Below are positions 11,856-20,433 of a stretch of 38,647 bases of DNA, one piece after another (position 1 is the stretch's first letter; every line of letters starts with the position of its first letter). The position numbers and the translations under genes are program-made. Source of the DNA: Polynucleobacter sp. (GTDB lineage: Bacteria > Pseudomonadota > Gammaproteobacteria > Burkholderiales > Burkholderiaceae); contig DAIQPR010000001.1 in the NCBI GenBank assembly GCA_036787315.1, forward strand, positions 1 to 38,647, given 5' to 3'. The notes under the pieces were generated by a model that was given only the letters and a program-made list of their open reading frames with translations, ran no database searches and had not been told where the DNA came from.

Positions 11856-12887
11856 ATGGCACTTATACCTGTAACGATTTTGACTGGATTTTTGGGAAGT
11901 GGGAAAACTACGCTTTTAAAGCATATTTTGACTGCGGAACATGGTAAAAAAATTGCCGTCATTGAAAATGAGTTTGGCGAAGAAAATATCGACAACGAGA
12001 TCTTAATTCAGAACAGTAACGAGCAAATTGTTCAAATGAGCAATGGATGTGTATGCTGCACTATTCGAGGAGATTTGGTCGAGGCATTGAATCAGCTTTG
12101 GGAACAGAAAAAAAACAAAACGATCAATTTTGATCGTGTAGTCATTGAAACCACTGGAATTGCAAATCCAGGTCCAGTGGCGCAAACTTTTTTCATGGAT
12201 GATGATGTTGCTGAGCATTTTGTCCTTGATGCAGTTGTTACTTTAGTAGATGCTAAACATGGGGATCATCAGCTTAATGAACATGTTGAAGCTCAAAATC
12301 AAGTTGGATTTGCCGATCAGATTTTTATTACAAAGTGTGATGTAGTCGAAGAATCTGTGAGAAAGTCTTTAAGAAATCGTATAGTACATATGAATCCTAA
12401 GGCACCTATCAAAGAAATATCGCATGGAGTAGTTAATTTAGATGAAGTCTTTGATTTACATGGATTTAACTTAAATGCAAAACTTGATATTGATCCGCAC
12501 TTCCTAGAGCAAGATAATCACGACGATTGTGGTCATGACCATGATCATGATCATGACCACGGACATGACCATCACCACCACCATGGGCATACAGATAAGA
12601 TTCAGTCATTTGTTTTTAGGAGTGAGAAACCCTTTGATCATAAAAAGCTCGAAGATTTTTTGGGTGGAATTTTGTCGGTCTTTGGTGAAAAACTCTTGCG
12701 TTACAAAGGTGTTTTATATATAAAAGGATCAAATCGTAAGGTAGTATTACAGGGTGTTCATGAAATGATGGGTAGCGACATGGCAGGTCCTTGGGGAAAT
12801 GAAGTTAAACAAACCAAAATTGTTTTTATTGGACAAGACTTACCAAAAGATACTTTAATGATGGGCTTAGAAGGATGCTTAGTGTAA
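11856..12887 (+). CDS. COG0523/CobW-family G3E GTPase (putative Zn metallochaperone)
   Basis: GFLGSGKTT Walker A, ENEFG, GCVCC metal motif, IETTG, His/Asp-rich linker and CobW_C domain. Confidence 0.93.
   Translation: MALIPVTILTGFLGSGKTTLLKHILTAEHGKKIAVIENEFGEENIDNEILIQNSNEQIVQMSNGCVCCTIRGDLVEALNQLWEQKKNKTINFDRVVIETTGIANPGPVAQTFFMDDDVAEHFVLDAVVTLVDAKHGDHQLNEHVEAQNQVGFADQIFITKCDVVEESVRKSLRNRIVHMNPKAPIKEISHGVVNLDEVFDLHGFNLNAKLDIDPHFLEQDNHDDCGHDHDHDHDHGHDHHHHHGHTDKIQSFVFRSEKPFDHKKLEDFLGGILSVFGEKLLRYKGVLYIKGSNRKVVLQGVHEMMGSDMAGPWGNEVKQTKIVFIGQDLPKDTLMMGLEGCLV
12514..12590 (+). repeat. Low-complexity CAT/CAC-GAT/GAC repeat encoding the His/Asp-rich metal-binding tract
   Basis: …catgaccatgatcatgatcatgaccacggacatgaccatcaccaccaccat… encodes HDHDHDHDHGHDHHHHH inside the COG0523 gene. 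Confidence 0.8.
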
Positions 12888-12923
12888 GCTTATTCATATA
12901 AGAAAATTTATAAGGAAGACAAA

Positions 12924-13433
12924 ATGGCTACAACAGCAGCAAAAAAAACTACTACAAAGAAATTAAAAGAATCCGGCGAAGAAATGACAAACAAATCAAA
13001 AACTGAAACAGTTAACAAAGCTTCCGCAATTATTTCAGAGGAACAGCTTTTGAAAATGTCTGAAAAAGACTATATGAATCAAGTGCAACTAGATTTTTTC
13101 AAAGATAGACTACAAAAGCTCAGAGAAGACATTCTTAAAAATGCTGACGCAACGACAGAAAACCTTCGTGAAAACATTTTGGTGCCTGATCCTGCAGATA
13201 GAGCAACGATTGAAGAAGAACATGCACTAGAACTAAGAACGCGTGATCGTGAAAGAAAATTATTAAAAAAGGTAGAGCAAGCATTGGGCAGAATAGAGTC
13301 TGGTGAATATGGTTGGTGTGAGGAGACTGGTGAAGCTATTGGCATATCCAGGTTGTTAGCTCGACCAACAGCCAATCTGTCACTTGAAGCTCAAGAGAGA
13401 AGAGAGTTAAGACAAAAACTTTTTGGTGATTAA
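12924..13433 (+). CDS. dksA: RNA polymerase-binding factor DksA (single-cysteine type)
   Basis: YMNQVQLDFF, coiled-coil tip PDPADRAT, RDRERKLLKK and YGWCEETGEAIG; AAGGAAG SD. Confidence 0.96.
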   Translation: MATTAAKKTTTKKLKESGEEMTNKSKTETVNKASAIISEEQLLKMSEKDYMNQVQLDFFKDRLQKLREDILKNADATTENLRENILVPDPADRATIEEEHALELRTRDRERKLLKKVEQALGRIESGEYGWCEETGEAIGISRLLARPTANLSLEAQERRELRQKLFGD

Positions 13434-13469
13434 AAACAAAAAATTCTCATAGGTTTAATCCGAAACCAA

Positions 13470-13495
13470 TAAGGTCACCCGATCTGGGTGACTTA
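13470..13495. terminator. GC-rich hairpin after dksA (possible terminator or stabiliser)
   Basis: GTCACCC (13474-13480), GATCT loop, GGGTGAC (13486-13492), extendable by TAA/TTA. Only a weak U-tract on either strand. Confidence 0.5.
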
Positions 13496-13749
13496 ACAGC
13501 AACTTCCCCAACTAAAAGATTTTAAATTTACGCAGTTGAATAAGCTGTTTATTTTAGTTATAAGTCTATTGCTCAAAATTATCCCCATAATGTAACATTT
13601 GAGGTGTCTAATTCATAATCAATTAATAAAAGTAGATAATTGATAGTTTTCTTACAAATTAGAAATAAAAGTGCTGAATTAGAAGTGTATATTAATAGTT
13701 TAAAAAATATTAACCTTAGCTTGTGCTAACTTATAGTTAAAATAAAAAC

Positions 13750-14652
13750 ATGGAAAATAAAAAGCTTCAACTCAGTGATATTGCGCCAATTTTAAAAGCG
13801 GAAATATTAGCTGAGGCTCTTCCTTATATTCGCCAGTACCATGGAAAGACCATTGTTATTAAATATGGTGGTAATGCAATGACAGAAGAGCGTCTTAAAG
13901 AAGGATTTGCAAGGGATGTTATTTTGTTAAAGCTTGTTGGTATGAATCCAGTTGTTGTGCATGGTGGTGGACCACAAATTGACGAGGCACTTAAAAAAAT
14001 TGGTAAGGCCGGAACTTTTATACAAGGTATGAGGGTTACTGATGACGAGACAATGGAAGTTGTTGAATGGGTTCTTGGAGGAGAGGTTCAACAAGACATC
14101 GTTATGATGATCAATCAATTTGGTGGACAAGCAGTTGGATTGACAGGTAAAGACGGCGGATTAATTAAAGCCAGAAAATTAATGATGGCTGATAAAGACG
14201 ATCCAACAAAACAGATTGATATTGGCTTTGTGGGAGAAATAAGTTCAATTAATCCTGCTGTTGTGAAGGCGCTTCAGGATGATGCATTTATCCCTGTTAT
14301 TTCACCGATTGGTTTTGGAGAAGATGGGCGAGCATACAATATTAATGCTGATTTAGTAGCTGGAAAGATTGCTGAAATACTACATGCTGAAAAGTTAGTA
14401 ATGATGACGAATATTCCAGGCGTAATGAATAGTGAGGGTGAACTTTTGACTGATTTGAGTGCAAAAGAAATTGATGCACTTTTTGCTGATGGTACGATAT
14501 CAGGTGGAATGTTACCTAAAATTTCTTCAGCACTCGATGCTGCAAGAAGTGGAGTACATTCAGTACATATCATCGACGGTAGGATTGAGCATTCCTTATT
14601 GTTGGAAATTTTGACAGAACAAGCTTTTGGAACAATGATTCGATCACACTAA
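13750..14652 (+). CDS. argB: Acetylglutamate kinase
   Basis: [30 protein letters not shown] and GGMLPKI. Confidence 0.98.
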   Translation: MENKKLQLSDIAPILKAEILAEALPYIRQYHGKTIVIKYGGNAMTEERLKEGFARDVILLKLVGMNPVVVHGGGPQIDEALKKIGKAGTFIQGMRVTDDETMEVVEWVLGGEVQQDIVMMINQFGGQAVGLTGKDGGLIKARKLMMADKDDPTKQIDIGFVGEISSINPAVVKALQDDAFIPVISPIGFGEDGRAYNINADLVAGKIAEILHAEKLVMMTNIPGVMNSEGELLTDLSAKEIDALFADGTISGGMLPKISSALDAARSGVHSVHIIDGRIEHSLLLEILTEQAFGTMIRSH

Positions 14653-15303
14653 ATGAGTAGCAATGAAACCTTAAATTCGGAGACAAGTACTTCTTCAGTG
14701 CAGGAGGATGCCAAGGCTCGCAAGCGTCCTAAGCCAGGTGAAAGACGTATTCAAATTCTTCAAGCTTTAGCTGAGATGCTAGAGAATCCTCAAGGTGAGA
14801 GGGTAACAACTGCTGCATTAGCTGCAAAAATACAAGTATCTGAAGCTGCCTTGTATCGTCACTTTGCAAGTAAAGCGCAAATGTTTGATGGATTAATTGC
14901 ATTTATAGAACAGTCTATATTTGGTTTAATTAATCAAATAGTTGCCAAAGAGGAAAATGGTCGATTACAGATACAAGAAATTGGAATGATGCTTCTTGCA
15001 TTTTCTGAAAAAAACCCAGGTATGACTAGAGTATTGCTAGGAGACTCTCTATTCCAAGAAGATGCACGCTTACAAGAGCGTATCAACCAAGTTTTGGAAA
15101 GAGTTGAAGCATCCATAAAACAGTCTTTTAGGATTATGCAGATGCAACAAGATATAAATTGGACTGCAGAAGACATTAGTCATAGGTCTAGTTTAATAAT
15201 GTCTTATGTTGTTGGCCGTTGGCATCGTTTTGCCAGAAGTGGCTTTACAAAATCCCCTCTTGATAATGCAAGTTTATCTATGGGTGTTCTTCTATTTGTA
15301 TGA
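14653..15303 (+). CDS. slmA: TetR-family nucleoid occlusion factor SlmA-like protein
   Basis: [14 protein letters not shown]…TTAALAA…[21 protein letters not shown]…[11 protein letters not shown]. Confidence 0.88.
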   Translation: MSSNETLNSETSTSSVQEDAKARKRPKPGERRIQILQALAEMLENPQGERVTTAALAAKIQVSEAALYRHFASKAQMFDGLIAFIEQSIFGLINQIVAKEENGRLQIQEIGMMLLAFSEKNPGMTRVLLGDSLFQEDARLQERINQVLERVEASIKQSFRIMQMQQDINWTAEDISHRSSLIMSYVVGRWHRFARSGFTKSPLDNASLSMGVLLFV

Positions 15304-16436
15304 CTAGTCTAAATACTCAGTCATACACTATTGAATTTAAAGAGCCTCTTGTTTTAAAAAGTGGCGCTCAACTTGGTTCGTATTCACTAGAAGTACAAAC
15401 TTATGGAACCTTAAATTCTAAAAAATCTAATGCAGTATTAATTTGTCATGCATTAAATGCGTCACATCATGTCGCTGGAGTAGATCCAAAAACTGGAAAA
15501 ACTGGTTGGTGGGACAATATGATTGGGCCGGGTAAGCCTTTAGATACAGATCACTACTTTGTTATTGGAGTGAATAATTTGGGCTCATGCTTTGGTTCAA
15601 CTGGCCCGATGAGTATCAATCCACTGACTAATACTCCATATGGAAGTTCATTCCCGTTAATGACTGTAGAAGATTGGGTTACGTCTCAGTCTCTTGTTGC
15701 TGATTACTTTGGCGTTCAAAAATTTGCTGCTGTGATGGGCGGTAGCCTTGGGGGAATGCAAGCTTTATCTTGGGGTATACAGTATCCAGAAAGAGTTGCA
15801 AATTGCTTAGTGATAGCTTCAGCTGCTAATTTATCAGCACAAAATATTGCCTTTAACGAAATTGCTCGAAGTGCAATTATGAGTGACCCAGATTTTCATG
15901 GGGGAGATTATTACGCACACAATACCACTCCCAAAAGAGGTCTCAAAGTAGCTCGTATGATTGGCCATATTACCTACCTATCTAATGATGATATGGCTGA
16001 AAAATTTGGTAGAGAATTAAAGCGTATTCAAGGCGATCAGCAAGAATATAAATTTAGTTTTGAAGAAGAATTTGAAGTTGAGAGTTATTTGCGTTACCAG
16101 GGAAATAAGTTTGCAGATTATTTCGATGCTAATACTTATTTGCTGATTACGCGGGTATTAGATTATTTTGATCCAGCTAGAAACTTTGGTGGGAATTTAT
16201 CAAAAGCATTAAATACTATTCAAGCAAAATCTTTAGTGATTAGTTTTACAACGGATTGGAGATTTGCCCCAGATAGAAGTCGTGAAATCGTAAAAGCTCT
16301 TTTAGACAATAAGCGTTCTGTAAGTTACGCCGAAATAAATGCCCCTCATGGGCATGATGCTTTTTTATTAGACGATGAAAGATATCACGCTATCATTCAT
16401 GCTTATTTTTCAAAATTGAAGAAGGAAATAGCATGA
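15300..16436 (+). CDS. metX: Homoserine O-acyltransferase MetX (acetyl vs succinyl specificity not determinable by eye)
   Basis: [19 protein letters not shown], nucleophile GGSLGG, TTDWRF and HGHDAFL; followed by metW. Confidence 0.96.
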   Translation: MTSLNTQSYTIEFKEPLVLKSGAQLGSYSLEVQTYGTLNSKKSNAVLICHALNASHHVAGVDPKTGKTGWWDNMIGPGKPLDTDHYFVIGVNNLGSCFGSTGPMSINPLTNTPYGSSFPLMTVEDWVTSQSLVADYFGVQKFAAVMGGSLGGMQALSWGIQYPERVANCLVIASAANLSAQNIAFNEIARSAIMSDPDFHGGDYYAHNTTPKRGLKVARMIGHITYLSNDDMAEKFGRELKRIQGDQQEYKFSFEEEFEVESYLRYQGNKFADYFDANTYLLITRVLDYFDPARNFGGNLSKALNTIQAKSLVISFTTDWRFAPDRSREIVKALLDNKRSVSYAEINAPHGHDAFLLDDERYHAIIHAYFSKLKKEIA

Positions 16437-17026
16437 GTATGCAGGGAGTTCGCGCCGACTTCTCCGCCATATCAAGGTGGATAAAACCACAATCAACATT
16501 ATTAGATCTTGGTTGTGGAGATGGTGAATTTTTAGAATATATTCACTCGCAAAAAGAAGTGCAAACCTACGGTGTTGAAATATCAGATAAAAGTGTTTTA
16601 GCTTGTGTTGAAAAAGGACTCAATGTTATTCAACAAGATTTAGAGTCTGGATTAGCACTTTTTGAAAATCAAAGTTTTGATATAGTAGTTCTCTCTCAAA
16701 CATTGCAAACCATACACAAAACAGAAGCAATCCTAAAAGAAATGGTTCGAGTTGGTAAGGAAGGGGTTATTTCATTCCCAAACTTTGGACATTGGTCTCA
16801 TCGTATTGATATTCTTATGGGAAGAATGCCCGTGTCTAAATCACTTCCATATGATTGGTATAACACGCCAAATGTGAGAGTTTTAACGATTGCTGATTTC
16901 GAAGCATTAGCGAGCAAAATTGGGATAAAGATCATTGACCGAGTTGTACTTCATGAAGGAAAAGAAGTTAACGGGTTTGCCAATCTACTTGGTAGTTTAG
17001 CAATTTATAGAGTTCAAAGCGCGTAA
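16433..17026 (+). CDS. metW: Methionine biosynthesis protein MetW
   Basis: [26 protein letters not shown] and WYNTPN. Confidence 0.95.
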   Translation: MSMQGVRADFSAISRWIKPQSTLLDLGCGDGEFLEYIHSQKEVQTYGVEISDKSVLACVEKGLNVIQQDLESGLALFENQSFDIVVLSQTLQTIHKTEAILKEMVRVGKEGVISFPNFGHWSHRIDILMGRMPVSKSLPYDWYNTPNVRVLTIADFEALASKIGIKIIDRVVLHEGKEVNGFANLLGSLAIYRVQSA

Positions 17027-17029
17027 TTA

Positions 17030-18355
17030 ATGTCATCATCATCTAATCTGACAAAGGGATCTTTGTCCGACATCATTAAGTCTTATACAAAAATTATTAC
17101 CTTGCGGATGTTTTTTTTGGGCTTTTCTGCAGGGCTTCCACTCCTCTTAGTTTTAGGTACTTTAGGCTTTTGGTTAAGAGAAGCAGGGATTGATAGAAGT
17201 ACGATAGGATTTCTTTCTTGGATAGGTTTAATTTATGGATTTAAATGGGTATGGGCACCATTTGTTGATCGGCTAAAGATACCATTCATATCCGAGGCTT
17301 TGGGAAGAAGAAAGTCATGGTTATTGTTGGCGCAAATGCTTGTAATAGTTGGGTTGCTTGGAATGTCTTTTTCCGACCCTTCAAAACAAGTTCAAGTAAT
17401 CGCATGTTTTGCCATTCTTGTAGCTTTTGGATCTGCAACACAAGATATTGCTTTAGACGCTTTTAGAATTGAGTCTGCTGACTTTAAAATGCAAGGTGTT
17501 TTGGCGGCGGCTTATCAAGCAGGTTACCGATTTGCGATGATTTGGGCTGGCGCAGGCGCGTTGTGGATTGCCGCAAGAGCACAAACTACTTCTGAGAATA
17601 TATACGATGCCCATGGTTGGAAAATAGCGTATTTAGTTATGGCAGCTTCAATGTTGGTTGGTGTGATCACAGTTCTATTTTCAAAAGAAAAACCATATCA
17701 GCCTAAAGAAAATTTTCATTCAATAGGTGGCTGGGTCAAAGTTGCCTTTATAGAACCGTTTACTGATTTTTTAAAAAGATACAAATGGCAAGCTGTTCTA
17801 ATTCTCTCTTTGATTGCTGTTTATAGAATTAGTGATGTAGTTATGGGGATCATGGCAAATCCCTTTTACGTTGATATGGGTTATACAAAAGATGAAGTTG
17901 CGGGTGTTAGCAAGGTATTTGGCGTCATCATGACATTAGTTGGAGCTTTTATCGGTGGCGGCTTAACTGTGCGTTTTGGAATTTATCGAATTTTAATGTT
18001 GGGTGCAATTCTGTCAGCTGCTAGTAATATTCTATTCGCATGGCTTGCAACACAAGGACATGACTTAACAGGATTAATATTTGTTATTTCAGCAGACAAT
18101 TTAAGCTCAGGTATTGCTTCAGCGGCTTTTATCGCATATTTATCATCGCTTACAAATGTTTCTTATAGTGCTACTCAATATGCTCTATTTAGTTCTATGA
18201 TGCTTTTAGTCCCCAAGTGGTTAGCGGGGTTTTCTGGAGTTTATGTAGATAATTTTGGGTATGCCAACTTTTTCATAGCAACATCTTTAATCGGAATCCC
18301 AGTTCTCATATTGGTGTGGATGGTCAGAAAAAAACTGCAAGCCAATGATTCATAA
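17030..18355 (+). CDS. ampG: AmpG-family muropeptide MFS permease
   Basis: LGFSAGLP, KWVWAPFVD, GRRKSWLL, SATQDIALDAFRIE and YSATQYAL. Confidence 0.93.
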   Translation: MSSSSNLTKGSLSDIIKSYTKIITLRMFFLGFSAGLPLLLVLGTLGFWLREAGIDRSTIGFLSWIGLIYGFKWVWAPFVDRLKIPFISEALGRRKSWLLLAQMLVIVGLLGMSFSDPSKQVQVIACFAILVAFGSATQDIALDAFRIESADFKMQGVLAAAYQAGYRFAMIWAGAGALWIAARAQTTSENIYDAHGWKIAYLVMAASMLVGVITVLFSKEKPYQPKENFHSIGGWVKVAFIEPFTDFLKRYKWQAVLILSLIAVYRISDVVMGIMANPFYVDMGYTKDEVAGVSKVFGVIMTLVGAFIGGGLTVRFGIYRILMLGAILSAASNILFAWLATQGHDLTGLIFVISADNLSSGIASAAFIAYLSSLTNVSYSATQYALFSSMMLLVPKWLAGFSGVYVDNFGYANFFIATSLIGIPVLILVWMVRKKLQANDS

Positions 18356-18357
18356 GC

Positions 18358-19149
18358 TTAGCGAAGTTTATTAAAATCCAAGTCATAATCAATTATTAGC
18401 GGCGCATGATCTGAGAATCGTTGATCTTTATAAACCTCTTGTTTGACTGCAAAGTTGGCAATATTAGGGGTAGCAATTTGATAATCGATACGCCAACCGA
18501 CATTTTTATTGTAGGCTTGTCCTCGCTGACTCCACCATGTATAGCAACTCTCAGTGGCATTAGGTTCAAGCGTGCGATAAACATCAATGAATCCTTGATT
18601 GAATAATTGTGTCATCCAAGCTCTTTCTTCAGGTAGAAAGCCTGAATTTTTTAAATTACCTTTCCAATTTTTTAAATCACTTTCTTGGTGAGCGATATTG
18701 ATATCTCCACAAAGAGCGATTTCAAACCCATCCTTAATTAATTGATTTAAGTGAGGCATAAAAACCTCAAGAAATCTGAATTTGGCTAGCTGTCGATCCT
18801 CAGAGCTTGATCCTGATGGAAAATAAACAGAAATGATAAGTAATTTACCAAATCGAAGGGCTGTATACCTACCCTCATCATCAAATTCAGCAACACCAAA
18901 TCCAGTAATTACTTCGTCTGGTTTATGTTTTGTAAACACTCCTGTACCGCTATAACCTTTTTTTTGAGCACAGTGAAAGAAAGATAAATAGTTTTGTTGA
19001 GAAATTAATTCAGGGGATAAATCATCCATTTGTGCTTTAATTTCTTGTAAACAGATAAAATCTGCTTGGGTGTTTAGCATCCAATCAAAAAATCCTTTTT
19101 TAGCAGCTGATCGAATACCATTAACATTTGACGTTATTATTCTTAACAT
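18358..19149 (-). CDS. xth: Exodeoxyribonuclease III (AP endonuclease)
   Basis: NVNGIRSA, CLQEIK, GYSG, GDINIAH, GWRIDY and SDHAP. Confidence 0.96.
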   Translation of the reverse strand: MLRIITSNVNGIRSAAKKGFFDWMLNTQADFICLQEIKAQMDDLSPELISQQNYLSFFHCAQKKGYSGTGVFTKHKPDEVITGFGVAEFDDEGRYTALRFGKLLIISVYFPSGSSSEDRQLAKFRFLEVFMPHLNQLIKDGFEIALCGDINIAHQESDLKNWKGNLKNSGFLPEERAWMTQLFNQGFIDVYRTLEPNATESCYTWWSQRGQAYNKNVGWRIDYQIATPNIANFAVKQEVYKDQRFSDHAPLIIDYDLDFNKLR

Positions 19150-19822
19150 GAAAAACTATTCCTCTGAATTTATTCAATTTGCCCTTCAAGCTAAAGTTCT
19201 ATCATTTGGTGAATTTAAAACGAAAGCTGGTCGCATTTCACCTTATTTTTTTAATGCAGGAGATTTCAATGATGGATCTAAACTTGGAGCCTTAGGTAAA
19301 TTTTACGCTCGCACTTTATTATCTGCTGAAATTGATTTTGATATGCTTTATGGTCCTGCATATAAAGGAATTACTCTTGCAGCAAGTACTTCAATTGCCT
19401 TGGCAGAAGAACAACATAATGTAGCTTTTGCGTACAACCGTAAAGAAGCAAAAGATCATGGAGAGGGTGGTGTTTTGGTGGGCGCTCCTTTAAAGGGTAA
19501 AGTGGTAATTGTTGATGATGTTATTTCTGCAGGAACCTCAGTCAGAGAATCTGTTGACTTAATCAAAAGTGCTGGAGCAACACCCTGCGCAGTGTTGATT
19601 GCCTTAGATCGAATGGAAAAGTCAGGAAACGCTATTGAGGTAGGAAAACTATCTGCTGTCCAGGCGGTTCAAGAAGATTTTCAAATTCCTGTAATACCTA
19701 TTGCTAATCTTGAGGATTTATTAAGTTTCTTACAAATTACTGAAGACTTGGAGTTAAAAAAATACTTACCCAAGGTTTTAGAATATCGCAATCAGTATGG
19801 CGTAAATATCAATGGCGCTTAA
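19148..19822 (+). CDS. pyrE: Orotate phosphoribosyltransferase
   Basis: FGEFKTKAGRISPYFFN, GPAYKGI, RKEAKDHGEGG and PRPP motif IVDDVISAGTS. Start moved to ATG 19148 (MKNYSSEFIQFAL); the longer ORF-track start lies inside xth. Confidence 0.96.
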   Translation: MKNYSSEFIQFALQAKVLSFGEFKTKAGRISPYFFNAGDFNDGSKLGALGKFYARTLLSAEIDFDMLYGPAYKGITLAASTSIALAEEQHNVAFAYNRKEAKDHGEGGVLVGAPLKGKVVIVDDVISAGTSVRESVDLIKSAGATPCAVLIALDRMEKSGNAIEVGKLSAVQAVQEDFQIPVIPIANLEDLLSFLQITEDLELKKYLPKVLEYRNQYGVNINGA

Positions 19823-19833
19823 GCGCCATTGAT
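19808..19833. terminator. Perfect 26-bp palindrome between convergent pyrE and the arsC-like gene (probable bidirectional terminator)
   Basis: ATCAATGGCGCTT|AAGCGCCATTGAT; the pyrE stop TAA (19820-19822) sits at the centre. Confidence 0.65.
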
Positions 19834-19843
19834 TTAATCACTT

Positions 19844-20335
19844 TTAGGCAATTTGATTAATTTCAGCCAATTTTTTCTGTATAGCGATGGAGTCTAATTG
19901 ATTGATTGGTAATGAAGCTAAAATTTCAATCCTTTTTTTCAAGCCCACCATAATAGCGCGCATGGCGCGTCTTTGAAGTTGTGGATCGTTTGATAAATTT
20001 GAAGGGTCTGGAAATGTCCAAAATGCAGAGGCTGGGTTACTAGGCAAATGGGGGACTGCTTCTCCATTAGATGGGTCATATAAAGAAATAATAAAGTCCA
20101 TTTTAGGAGCATCTGTGGTACTAAACTCTTCCCAGCTTTTACTTCTAAGCTTCTCTGATGGGTATCCTAACTCATCTGTAATTTCAATTGCAAAAGGACT
20201 AACAGAATCTTGCGGATGTAGACCAGCTGAATATCCAGTAAATTTCCCACTTAAATGCGTGGAAGCTACAGCTTCTCCGATAATAGAGCGCGCAGAATTA
20301 TGAGAACAAACGAACAAAATATTAAATGTAGACAT
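19844..20335 (-). CDS. LMW-PTP-fold arsenate reductase-like protein (ArsC type, only one Cys)
   Basis: NILFVCSHNSARS P-loop (CX5R), YSAG, LRSKSWEEF…APKMDFII and W-FPDP motifs of proteobacterial ArsC. Confidence 0.85.
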   Translation of the reverse strand: MSTFNILFVCSHNSARSIIGEAVASTHLSGKFTGYSAGLHPQDSVSPFAIEITDELGYPSEKLRSKSWEEFSTTDAPKMDFIISLYDPSNGEAVPHLPSNPASAFWTFPDPSNLSNDPQLQRRAMRAIMVGLKKRIEILASLPINQLDSIAIQKKLAEINQIA

Positions 20336-20433
20336 ACAAATCCCTAATAGTAATCAAAGTAATCTTTTAATTGCCTAATTTAGTCTACTAATATGAACAA
20401 TTTGTTAAAAAGTTTAAAAGCTTTTTTAATGGC

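Noticed and set aside
12514..12590. Short tandem repeats as a CRISPR or contingency locus
   Set aside because: They are in-frame His/Asp codons of the COG0523 metal-binding linker, with no repeat-spacer structure.
13579..13587. DnaA-box-like TTATCCCCA suggesting oriC
   Set aside because: A single imperfect box with no cluster and no dnaA or gidA context.
13493..13588. 31-codon minus-strand ORF (MGIILSN…WGSCC)
   Set aside because: No SD, no recognisable family, and a length expected by chance.
13629..13659. dif-like sequence AAAGTAGATAA-TTGATA… in the dksA-argB gap (also TATCCCCATAA-TGTAAC at 13580-13596)
   Set aside because: A XerC-like arm and spacer are present, but no TTATGT(T/C)AAAT XerD arm follows at 6-bp spacing; the best match is shifted by 3 nt. 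Likely chance in AT-rich DNA.
19070..19147. 26-aa N-terminal extension of PyrE in the ORF track
   Set aside because: It is antisense to the conserved start of xth, and PyrE homology begins at Met 19148.
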